64,000 nucleotides of DNA from Vitrella brassicaformis CCMP3155 (Eukaryota; Protista; Chromerida). Position 1 is the stretch's first letter; each line of letters begins with the position of its first letter. The position numbers and the translations under genes are program-made. The DNA lies in contig CDMY01000366.1 in assembly GCA_001179505.1 (NCBI GenBank), positions 186,001 through 250,000 of the forward strand, written 5' to 3'. The notes below the pieces were generated by a model. The model had not been told where the DNA came from. It ran no database searches and was given only the letters and a program-made list of their open reading frames with translations. This document shows, piece by piece, positions 47,405 to 58,699 of this stretch.

Positions 47405-50400
47405 CTACTGATCCCCAGCTCCCCCCGTCTTGTCTCCTGCTGTCCGCTTGCGAGTGCCCTCCGCCATGGCGGCCTCTCTCGCGTTACGCTTCCTGTTGGC
47501 GCAGGGTTGCGCGTAATGCGAATTTCGCCGCGTCGACTCAAAGACGACCTGCGAGTGCGCAGCGCCAATTGGGAGGGTTTTCTGACGACAGACACATCAA
47601 TCGATTGATGAGACGTGAGCACACCATGCATGATTGTGGGCATCTGTGTGGTTCCTTCCTACTTTGACGAGGCCTGCGTGCAGCCCGTACACAGCAGAGT
47701 AGCCCTTGACGTCCTCAAGTGCGTTTATGGAGCTCCTGCCCCTCTGGATGCGCGCCGTCCTGGCGCCACTGCCCCTCCTCCCTCCCTTGTCGCCACCTGC
47801 ATCGCCCGTCTGTCCCTCTTGATGTCTGCTGTCTCTCTTTTTACTGGAGTGTCTGTGTGTGGGCGGGGCGGATTTGCTGCTGGCCTGGTGTGCGGTGGGT
47901 GTCTGGAGGGGAGGGGGCCGCATGGGGCTGTATGCGGCTGTGGGGAGGGGCGGGAGGGTCTTGCGCCGACAAGACGAAGGCTGGCTTTCCTCTCTGTCTT
48001 GTGCTGGGGCGCTGGCTTGGGTGCACCTCCGCTGCTGAAGGTCGATGTCCACTCTGGTCCACCTTCTCTGGTCGTGCTTCTCGCTCAGACGTCGGCATTG
48101 CTCCTCTACCAGCCTGGCAAGCAAATAGTGAGCGAGAGACGTGTGACACGTTGGATTGGACAAGGCCAGCTCAGCTGGCGTTTGGTGGCTCTCTGACCTC
48201 TCTCTCTTCTCTTGAGCGTTCCTTTTGTCTTCTTCTTCCTGACGTCTCAGCTCCTCGCGCTCCATGTCTCTGTCAGTCAACATTTGGTGGGTGGCGCAAA
48301 CATACATGGCTCGTCTCGTCGTTGAGTGTCTTCCCCTCTGCTCTTGATTGTGTGTCTCATCTCACCCACCGTTGGTCTTTGTGTGAATGGTACTCTTCGA
48401 TCTCCCTCTTGATCCGCTCGTGGTGTTTCCTCCGCCTGTCCTCCTTGTTGCGAAGGAAGTCCTGCCACTCCTCCTCCTTCTCCTGCTGTTCCTGCAGAGC
48501 CAGGATCTTCTCGGCTGCCTTCCTCGCCTTGTACTCCTCCAGCTGAGCAAGCTTCATCAGTTGCTGCATCCAAGAGAGAGGTAGGCCAGTGGCGCTGCCT
48601 GTTATGGCTGGTTGAATGAATCATGTCTGTCTCACCTTTTCCTCCTCTTTGGCTTGGCGCAGCTTTGCTTTGATGACCTGCTCGAGGCTGTTGAGTGCCA
48701 ACAAGCACTGCATGCATAAAAGCAGCAAGCAAGGGAACCACTCGATAGGGAGTGAGTGACGGCATTCTTAAATGCCTTCGTTCTATTGTTTGTTACCTGA
48801 GGAGGCTCCTCCTTCGGCCCGATTCTGTGCACCTTGATCTTGCCGCTGCTCGACTGTACCAGCTCATACCTCCTGGGTAGCGCCTTGAGATACCCGCCAT
48901 CGAGCCGCTCATCCTGCCTCCCTCTGCCCCGGCCCCTCCTGGCCATTCTCTCCCTCACTTTGTTCCTCGGCGAAACTCGATCTTCAATGGCTCTTGCTGT
49001 CGTTGGCTGCTTGCCAACATCCTCCCACTGCCTCTCGAGGGTCTCTAGCGATCCCGTGATGTCCTTGGCAACGGCTGAGGGGCAAGCGGCGAGGGGGTGG
49101 CGGTGCTCGTCGGAGAGAGGCACTTCGGTGAGAAACGCCGATTGAGCCAGGGCGGCTGAGAAGGTCGGCTGGACTGCCTCGGTGCATATTGCCGGAGGCA
49201 GTCTCGCTTCGGGCTTGTCAGCGTACTCGACCAGCACCCTGCGAAGAGCGGAGCCAACGATGAGATCAGTGAGACATATTCATGCGAGAATCCGACACAC
49301 CTTTCGTTGATTTCTTCATGCTCCGAGAAGGCGCATGGCCTCGGCAGAGTGCAGATTGCACATCGGGGAGGCCAGCGAAAGGGCATGTCCCGCTGGACCT
49401 TCTTGGCCATCCGACGAATCTCTGATGCAATGAATCAACCAACACACCAACTCCCATATTGATGCACACACTTGCAAAGTGGGTGTCTCCCTCACCTTCT
49501 CTTCTCGCTCGATCCAGCGATTGCCTCAACTCATCCAGACTCTACAAGGACGAACAAAACGTGGTTTTCGTCAATTCATTGGGGCTCCCTTGCCGTGTCT
49601 AATACCAGAGTGGAGAACTTCCGCACTGTCGTGCTTGGTGTCTGCCGCTCTGACTCTGTAACGGCAAGAGGAGCAGCGGGTGGCTGCTCACTTCTTTCCT
49701 CAGCCGTCACCGGAGCAGGACCGGCAGCGGCTGCGCTCTGCATCGACACTGCCAGTGGGGTTGGCTGTCCCTCTGCGAGGGTCGGAGTCAACCGTGAGGG
49801 ATGGACCAGTTCCTCCTCTTCTTGCTGAACAATCGACGGGGAATGCATCACATCTTTGTTGATAGGGGATGTCTTACGTCGTTGGCAGCTCCGATCGAGA
49901 GGCTTGAGGGTAGGCGTCGGTGATCGGAGGCCCTCTTGGCTTTTCCACTGGCGCTTCGACGAGCCGCTGCAAAGGGCATGTCTCGTACAAACCAAAGGCG
50001 TGCCAACCTGATCGATGTTTACCGTGGAGGTGTTTGCTTCGCTTCTCCTCTTCCTGCGACCGCTGCACCTCAGTGTCAGTCGGTGACGGCTCGCGATGGC
50101 CCTCAAGAGGGATCGGCACAAAGCCCCGCCGACGGATGCGCTGAAGGCGCAGACGCAATCGCCTGAGGCAAGGAGCCGATCGAGACGCTTCCTTCAGGCG
50201 TCATGGCGTTGATGTCCTTAAGACTTACTTGAAGTCATCTCTGAGTCGTTCGTGCAGCTCCAGTGATGTGCCGCCCTTTCTCCTGAAGATGGACGAGTCG
50301 ATGAGGCTCATCCCAAGGGCGTCTCTCAGCCGATTGTTGCCATCTTCCAAAGCAGCCAGGTACGGCGCCAGACGCAACTCCCCAGCACTGAGAGAGAAAA

Positions 50401-52374
50401 AAGCAAAGCAGCCGCGTCTTTCTTTTGTCCAAATGTGAATCGTGCACTTGCGCTTACCGAGGGCTGCACGTGAGTGTGCGAAGCTGCTCTGCGAAGGTGA
50501 GAGCTTTCTGAGTGTCGTCCGCGCTTGCGCGTGCGGGGCTGAGAGTGATGATGCCGATCATCCGAGAAGTCCCTTCGAAAGATTCCTGAAGGATTCGAGT
50601 CAAGTGGGAGTCCTCCATCTGCATCAATCAGAGACATGTCAAAGACATGTATAGACATACACGATGACGAATTGCTCCCTGTGTCTGAATGCCTACGTTC
50701 ATGTGTACGTCTCTTCTCGATCCGGCAGCATGTGCAGCCACGCATCGCTCCAGGTGGGAGATGCCGTCGTTCAGGCGACTCAGCTCTTCGTGCGGAGAAG
50801 CACCAGCCTCACTGCATCCACATAAGACAGACACCCACACAGGTGTCTCTCATGAGCATTCCATCATTCAATTCTGTGTCTCGCTCACAGTGTGAGGTCC
50901 CATTCCTCCGACGTCCCGAGCATCACGAAGAGTATGCCGCCTCTGGTCACCTGCCAACGCCATCTCTCTTCACCAACATCGTCCACCACACGCGACTGCC
51001 GTGCCTTGTCGTTCTCGATCGACGTCGCCGAGTCCCGCCTGTCTGAGCCCCCTTGCGGTGAGGGCGTCCGCAGAGTGGCAAATTGGGGCGGCTGAGGTGA
51101 GGCGCTTCCCTGCTGCGAAGCACGCTCGCGCTCGACCAAGACCGACAGGTGGATGCATGTGTGGGAGCGGGCCGAGAGGATCTGCCGATCCCGATGCCGC
51201 TCGCGGCGATTCGAATCGCCTGATGCGGGCATATGGAAGCAGATGAGATTCCATTTTTCACTGCAAACCTCTGTTCCATATATTATTATTTCACCTTGTT
51301 GGAGAAAGGAATAGGCGTCCTCTGCTTTCTCCACAACCCAGCTCGATAGCCCCACATATTTGCCTCCCACCAGATAGCTGCTCTGTGACTGGCTGCCGGT
51401 GTTGCCGCCGCCACTGGCCTGCTGCGTGATGAAGGTCCCTTCCTCTGCCTCTTGAAATGGTGCAATAGGCTGGCAAGGGGGCGAAGAGGGCACCTGTAAG
51501 AGGTCGGTCACCGTCTCGTTGTATATCTCAAAATACGACAAGGAGAGGGTCGCCTTGAAGGAGGAGGGAGACGCAGATGCAGATGACTTGATCAGGTCCA
51601 GCAGAGCCCTGAAAAGCGCAAGACGCACGCCATTTCCTTCCTTCAACATTTTGATTGCATGCTTGTGCGCCCCCCCTCGCGGGATGCTGACCTGATAGTG
51701 CGAAAGACAAGCCCCTCGCTGTCCTTGGCAGCCCCGCCACCACTGGCAGTGTTGGGCGGCAGCAACGACGCACCCATGCTCAATCGCAGAGGCCCTTGGC
51801 CCCTCGGCGACGCACGAAAGGTGTCAGCAAGGGGCGAGGGGCTGCGTGAGGGGATGTGGGAGGACTCGTTGAGCAATTGCTTCTCGGACGAGGCGTCTCC
51901 CACTGACGTGCCGAAGAGTGTGTGTGACTTGCCGCTGCCTGACTGGCCGTAGATGACGACACTGTGTGAGAAGCCGTTGAGCGTGGGCTCGAGGCAGTCC
52001 CGCACACACATGAAGACCTCCGCATGGTTCGCACGAGGCCCAATCACGCCGTCGACCACATAGCTGAACACAACATACAAAGCTGTGAACGTACTCGGGG
52101 GGACCCTTGTCTGTTCACTCACTCTGGCATACGTACCGCTGTTTGTTGGCACCTTTGAGGAGGCAAATCTCGGCAGGTCCTGTGACTTCCACAGCGAGGG
52201 AGGCTGACAGGCCCCCGTCCTCCAGTTCGTCCTCTCGCAACGGTCGAAGCCGCACATACGAACGTGCACGCGACCGAGGGTCATCCATCCTTCACAAGGA
52301 AGGCGTGTGTGTGGGGTTGTTGGAGGGCTCGAGTGACGAGTTGCAATGGGGCTATCGCGATCGTCCTCCCACAT
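47405..52374 (-). CDS. Divergent kinesin-like protein (N-terminal motor, coiled-coil/basic tail)
   Basis: RVHVRM, YGQSGSGKSHTLFG (P-loop), GLVFRTIRALL, LSYFEIYNETVTDLL, SARSH, DSHLTRILQESFEGTSRMIGIITLSP and ALTFAEQLR appear in kinesin-motor order across exons. Tail ends ...GAGDQ* at 47405-47407. Start uncertain. Confidence 0.85.
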
Positions 52375-52425
52375 GAGCTCGCAGTAAGAGTCCTCTTCCT
52401 TTCGTAGAGGCGGAACAGAAGAGAG

Positions 52426-53994
52426 ATGTCTGGCGCCAGCAGCGGAGGGCACAATGTGTACACCAACCGGGCGTATGGCTGTAAAAACCTCTTCGTGGTA
52501 TGCGATGACGCAGATGACGAGCACACGATTGGGGGATTGGTTCGCTATGTTGCCCTGCAGGAGATTGCGGTTGTGGAGCCTGGAAGAGCGCTGCGCCCGC
52601 TGCCGTATCTCCAGCCCGCCCATGAGGTCGATTACGTGATGGCGGAGCCTGGGAAGGCCTATCAGGTGCCGTGGTGGTGGCGGTGTGGTGGCGATGGTGT
52701 GCCTCGTGAATGTGTGGCCTGCCTGTACTTGTAGGTGACTGTGCGGAACAACCGCGCGTATCCCGTGGAGGCAGAGCTGTTCATAGATGGCCAAAAGGTT
52801 GCAAGGAAGCCAACCGACTTGCGACTTTAGCGTCACCCTCATCTGCCTCTGCTTGATGGCTTGCAGATCAAGTGGCTGGCACTACAGGAGGGCACTTCCC
52901 AGACGGTCTCCACCGTGCCAGTGTCGGTGGACTCGTCATCAGATACCAATGCCTATCGCGTGCAGCACAAACAACTGGTGGGTGGGTGAGGGGGGAGAGG
53001 GGGAGGGAGCGTCTGTGCAGGTGCTGGCTGCGATTCGTGTGCTCTGCCTTCGCTCTGTGTGCTCTGTGTGCGTTTGTTACATCAGACGTTTTGCAAGCCG
53101 GACACCATTGACGCTGCTGCTTCCCAGTTCAATCCTGCGTAAGGAGGCGTGCAAGTTCTCCCCGACCGACATCCCTCTGCTATGCTACATGCTGCTCGTG
53201 AGTGAGTGAGTGTTTTTTTTGCGGTCGGTCTGCGTATCAGGTGGCTGGAGGCACAGAGGGTCATCACGGTGCCGTTCTGGAAGACGCGCATCGAGACCAA
53301 GACCAACACAGAGCATTTTGGCGAGCAGTGCGAGGCGCGCCTGCCGGAGACCGTCCAGCTATTCGACAAGGTACTCTTCCCTACAGCCATTATGCCCACA
53401 TGCACGACCACAGACGCCCTCCCTCACTGCAAACGTCTATGTGTGGCGTGGCATGCAGGCGTCGGAGAAGGTGCCCGAGAGTGCCAAGAAGACCCACTCG
53501 GCGGTCACCGAGACGGGCGCCAATGCGGAGCTGGAGATTCTGCCCAAGTTCCAGAACAAGCGCGGCACTGTGGACGTTTGGCACAAGACCAAAAAGATCG
53601 GTAACTAAGGGCTGTCGGTCGCTGCCTTTGGCGGCGATTTGTGTATACATAGCACACGACACGCGTGTGTGTGTGGCTGTGCTGTGCCAGGGGCCCGCAA
53701 GATCCATCTGGTAGACCAGCTGTCGTACGAGCAGAACCGCAAGGGCGTGATGAATGCACTCAAGATAGATGCAGCCGGCCGCACCGAGGACGGTAGGTAC
53801 CGTCACACACACAGCCAACACACACACACACATCCATGTGTGTTGGTGCGCTACAGGGTTGCGTGTCAAGGTGGAGCGCAAGCGTGAGGTCAGGGCTGCC
53901 GTGCCCCCATCGATGGCCAGTGCGGCGCCCCTGGACCTCACGGATGAGGACGACCCTGCCGTCGAAGCACTCACCACCAAACCCCATGTGTGTG

Positions 53995-54028
<34 letters not shown>

Positions 54029-54371
54029 CACACCATAACACGACCCTGGGAAACCACCACCTCCTCCTCCTGCTGCTGCTGCTGTGGTGGTGTATGGTTG
54101 GTCGATCAGGTGATTCGTGAGTTGTACGAGGAGCACCGGCGCATCCAGCACAACCGTGATGATGACGAGGACGAAGACCTGGACAGTAATGACGACGAGG
54201 CCCGCGAGGGGATCGACTCGGACTTCGCACTATTCGTCCAACAGGTACGTACATCTAACCGACCCGACACACAGGGCAATTGTGTGTGTGTTGGTGTCTG
54301 TCTGTGTTCAGCGGAAGCGCCAGCGGACGGGGGAGAGTGCGGGTGCAGCAGCTGCTGCTGGCAGCTCTTGA
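52426..54371 (+). CDS. Hypothetical multi-exon protein (beta-rich N-terminal domain, acidic/basic tail with NLS-like RKRQR)
   Basis: Exons read DYVMAEPGKAYQ|VTVRNNRAYPVEAELFIDGQK..., VITVPFWKT, LDLTDEDD, DDDEDEDLDSNDD and RKRQRTGE. Stop at 54369-54371. Internal junctions only partly checked. Confidence 0.65.
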
Positions 54372-55163
54372 GGCGTACGGATGAGACGGCCTCTCACATG
54401 TATACAATGGTGAGAGACCGTCCGGTGTTTTTTTTTCCCGCCGATGATACACACACATGTATCGGCTGTAGATTGACGTCATGTGATTGGGTGATGTGGG
54501 ATTATGGATAGTTTTGTTCCCGCCCGTTGCGTTGATGGATGTGATGTGATGTGATGTGGGGTGTGGTCTCCGTGTTGGGTCGTATGCATGCCGTCGACGT
54601 CTGGCTTGCCGCGGAATTGCTGTGTGTTGTGTGTGGCGGCGTGGCTGCCCTGCTGTTTGATGCTGTGCTTGCGCTGCTTCGATGTATCTTTCGGATGGTG
54701 CGGTTTGCCGTGTGTGTGACTCTGTTGCCAGCCTCGCTGCCAATAATCTTATATTGCCCGGAGAGCAGCAGGCGGGTCACTCAAACTCACTGATTCGTGT
54801 GTGGCGGAGACCATGCGAGCACCGCCAGGGGGACACGGCAATTCTGGCGACATCACATGCATGCATATATGGCGAAACGCATCGCGGTTCATGAGCACAG
54901 GAAGATGTTGAAGCTGAGTAAGGCAGGCGGGGTCACAAACGCACGCACAGCACCTCTGTCGATATCACATATGCCACGCACATGGGAGACAATGACTCTG
55001 CGATAGCCATTGAGCTCAACCCAGCACCGTGAACCCCAGCAAGAGAGCAGTGCAGAAGAGAGCAGAAGAAAGAGACAAGGCAGCGTAGCATCATTGCGCA
55101 CACCGAAAAAGTAGGGCAGCAAAAGAAATCAGGGCAGATCAGACAGAGGTGTGATCGATGAAG

Positions 55164-58100
55164 TCAGCGATCTCTCCTGAAATCGGCTGCGGCGGCGGCC
55201 TTCTTCATGTTTGCTCTGATGAAATTGGTGGCCCTGCCCTTGTTCTCGGCCTTGCGGAGTTCCTTGGCCACTGCTGGATCCAACTTGTTGTCGAGTCTTG
55301 ATGATGTGATCTCCGGGGCGTTGTAGTGCGGGTGGGTGCCCCTCACCAAGTAAGACCAGTACGTGTCCTCAGTCTGAACGAGGCGACACAGCATGACCAA
55401 CACCCAACAAGAACTTGTGTCTCGCGGAAGTGCATTTGCTCACCTGAATGACGAGCTTGGCAGTGACGGTTTTGCCATATTCTGTCGGCCTGTACGAGAC
55501 GATAAACATGGTGCCCGAAGAGCCGGCCGGGTCGAGGGTGCCCGAGGTGGGCGTCACAATGAAGTCATCGGACGGAGACTCCGGCGCAAAGAATGCCTGA
55601 ACGACCACATGGACAGCGGGCGTGGGGTGTAGTGCCTTGAGCATCTTTACCTCAAATTGAGAGTATGTCGGTGCGATATTGGTGAGTCTGAATGCCACAG
55701 CCGTCTGCTGGTTGATGGGCGACTCGATGGAGATCGTGTCATCGGGATCTGGCACACTAGCATACAGCCGCAGCTGGAAACGCCACCTAAGAGACAGACA
55801 GCAGCAGGCTGGCTGGCCATCACACAATCTTCTCCTTCTCTCCCTCCCCCCCCTCCCCCCTCTCTCTCCCTATTATCCACCTACCTGCCCCCCGAGCTCC
55901 GTTTAATGATGAGCGTGCAGTTGGCTGTGAAGGGCCGCATGGGTGCGAACTTGACCAGCATGACAGCTGACTGGTCGGCCTCGGTGATGAGAGTGTCTTT
56001 GAAGTCAAGGGCAAAGGTCCGATCGACCATCTCCTTCACGTCGGGAGGCACCTCCAGCTCGTACTCAAGAGGCTCCTGCAGACAGCGGAGAGATTACCAC
56101 ACGCCTCGCACGCACGGCGTGAATGCGTGTTGTGCTCTGTTCATCGCACTCTGGATGGCTGCACGCCCACGAGGCTGAAGCTGTACTCTGTGTCGAGTGG
56201 TTGCCGCGCCCTGGTGCTGAAGGGGTGCAGCTGAGGATCGATGGGCGCCTCCACCAAACCCTTCAGCCTACACCAACAAACAGAGATACAGACAGACAGG
56301 CAGTCGGGTGTGTGTGCAGGCATTGCATTCACGACATCAATGTCTCTTTCTGGCCTGAATATCCACTGGAGTCCCTGTTGGGCGGGGTCGTCAGCTCTGA
56401 CAACAATCTCGGCCACGTGCTCACGCATGCTCGCGGGGGAGAACACAAAGGGGATCGGCACCGAAGCCAAGGGAGCCACATGCAGGCGCGTCTTCTTAAG
56501 CAGCAGGGTGAAGTCCTGCGCGCCGCTGGCCTGCTGCTCCCTGGTGCTGTCTTTACCACTTCCCTTGGGCTTGGCCTCGACCACCAGAAAGACCATGACA
56601 GAGAGGGCCTTCATGAAGGGGTTCTTGAAGTGCACCGTCGACGACACCGCTCGTCCAACTGTCGTGACGACAGACACCTCCTTTGGTCGGCGGGGGAGGA
56701 GGCCCTTGCCTGTCAAGTTGTAGACCCACTCGCCGGCCAGGGGATGATCCAGCGTAATTGTGCCCTCCTGATGGAACAGAGACACTGCACTGGTGGCCAC
56801 CATGCGGGTGTCTCGATTTGAGTGTGTGGTTGGGTTACTTACTTCGACGTGGTCGATCGTCGTGGGGGAGTACTCCAGCGTGATGTCTGCGGTGTCGAAT
56901 GGGGGCAGCAGCAGGCGGGGCGTCGACACGCGGAAGTTGGAGGGATTGCTCGACCTTCACACACATAACCCAAAACACATGTACACACGCCTGTCGTGAC
57001 TGACTGACTGACCTTGGTATGAGGGCGACATCGTATCCAAGTGGGTTCTCGATAGTCACTGTGTGCTGCTTGGTGGTGCCGACCTCACACTCCATCAAAG
57101 GGATCTCTGTGGGAGGGGCAGGGTCGGCCGTCAGCTCCAAGTCATACCAAAACTCACCCAGCTTCTCACTCAGCAGCGACTGGTGGAAGGATGTGATGTG
57201 AATACGTCATGTGTGTGGGCGTATTCTGTCCGTGTGTGGTTTTGCGTCTGTCGCCTTACTGCTGATCCCCTGTATTGCCCTGGTACGAGGGGGGCGTATA
57301 TGAGCTGGTAGGTGGCGGCTTCACGTGGCGCGAGGACGAACTCGCTCTCGCCCAGCAGCCCGTCGCCGATGAGACTAACCTCCAGCGTGACAATGTCATC
57401 CAGAGGATTCGTCATTTGCAGGCTCACACACACAGCCTAAAGCGTTGCCAAGATACGATACGAGAATCCCACAAAAAAGTCGTTCGAGCATTTGCAGCAT
57501 ACAAACCTCTCTGACAACACACTGGAGCTTCAGTGTGGCCTGTGGTTTGGGCGGCGATGCGTTGATCTGCAACGTGTACCACTGGTATCGCTCGCTGTCC
57601 TGTTGTTTGAACACCACACTGCCCGTCGTCGACCCGGACAGGATGGGCAGCACGCTTAGCGGGTAGGCGCCCTTGCCGAAAGCTGGGAGGGAGAAGGAGG
57701 GCGGCCCGGATATGTTGAGGAGGTCCGACTCGACGTCATAGGTGAGAGGGCTGGATGTTGGGTTTGTGACCTCGATGCTGACGTCGGTCTTCTCGCGGGC
57801 CTGGCACTGGACGACCACATGGTCTTCTGCCAGCGGCTGCAGTGCACACATTCAGCCAGCGTACAATAGAAGAAAGAGCCGACATGCGTGTGTGCAAATA
57901 TCGGTCCGGTGGTGTGAGTGTGTGTGCGTGTGACCTCGTCAGCGGTTCCAATGAGGTCGTATTCGTAAGTCTCGTTGGTGGATGTGTTGTATATGTCGAG
58001 GTGGCCGTGCACCTCGCACACCCAGTCCGGGTTGAAGGTCAGGGGGTACACAGTGGTGGTCTTCTGCTCCCCGATCTTCTTCTTCGCAACCAACGACGAC

Positions 58101-58663
58101 GGGCCATCTGTAAAGGTGGATTGGATGAGTACAACCAACACGCATATAGTATACACATCATATATATGTTGTGATTGAAGTGGGGCTGGGCTAGTGTGCG
58201 CAGCGCACAGACCGAATACGGGGGCTTGAAGTGCACTGCCGTCTGCCTTCTTCTGCGGCGCGAATGTCGCCCGGAGGAACCAATCGGTGTCGGTCGGGTT
58301 CACAAACGGAAGCTCCTGCCAGCCAAAGAAAGGGAAAGAAATGTGTGTATTCTCGTTTGAGTCTGGCTCCGCCCGTCGTTCTGTCTGGACAGCCTACCTA
58401 CCTGCGTGATGCTCTTCCTGGCGGTGGTGTTAAATGTGAGAGTGCAATGGGTGTTCGGTGCGGTCGCGGTGCCCTCGATGGCGTACACACGGACGTCATA
58501 GGCGGAGGTGAGGGTGATGGTGGCAGGATACATGCCCGCCTCCTTCGGCGCAAACTCGATGGGAAGCTTCGCCGACCCGCCGCCATCAGCACTGTCGAGG
58601 TTAATACGCGTGCCTCTGAGGGATGGCGCAGGACATGGACATGCAGCGCAGGCGTGTGTGTCT

Positions 58664-58699
<36 letters not shown>

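Noticed and set aside
51643-52842. 399-aa minus-strand ORF apparently overlapping the 52426 plus-strand gene
   Set aside because: Its upstream half is antisense to clear plus-strand exons and it reads through introns. Only the part from about 52374 downward is kinesin-like.
54551-54793. Hydrophobic 80-aa ORF, possible small membrane protein
   Set aside because: It starts inside a (GATGT)n repeat in a TG-rich 3' region, and TG-rich DNA yields hydrophobic V/C/L peptides by default.
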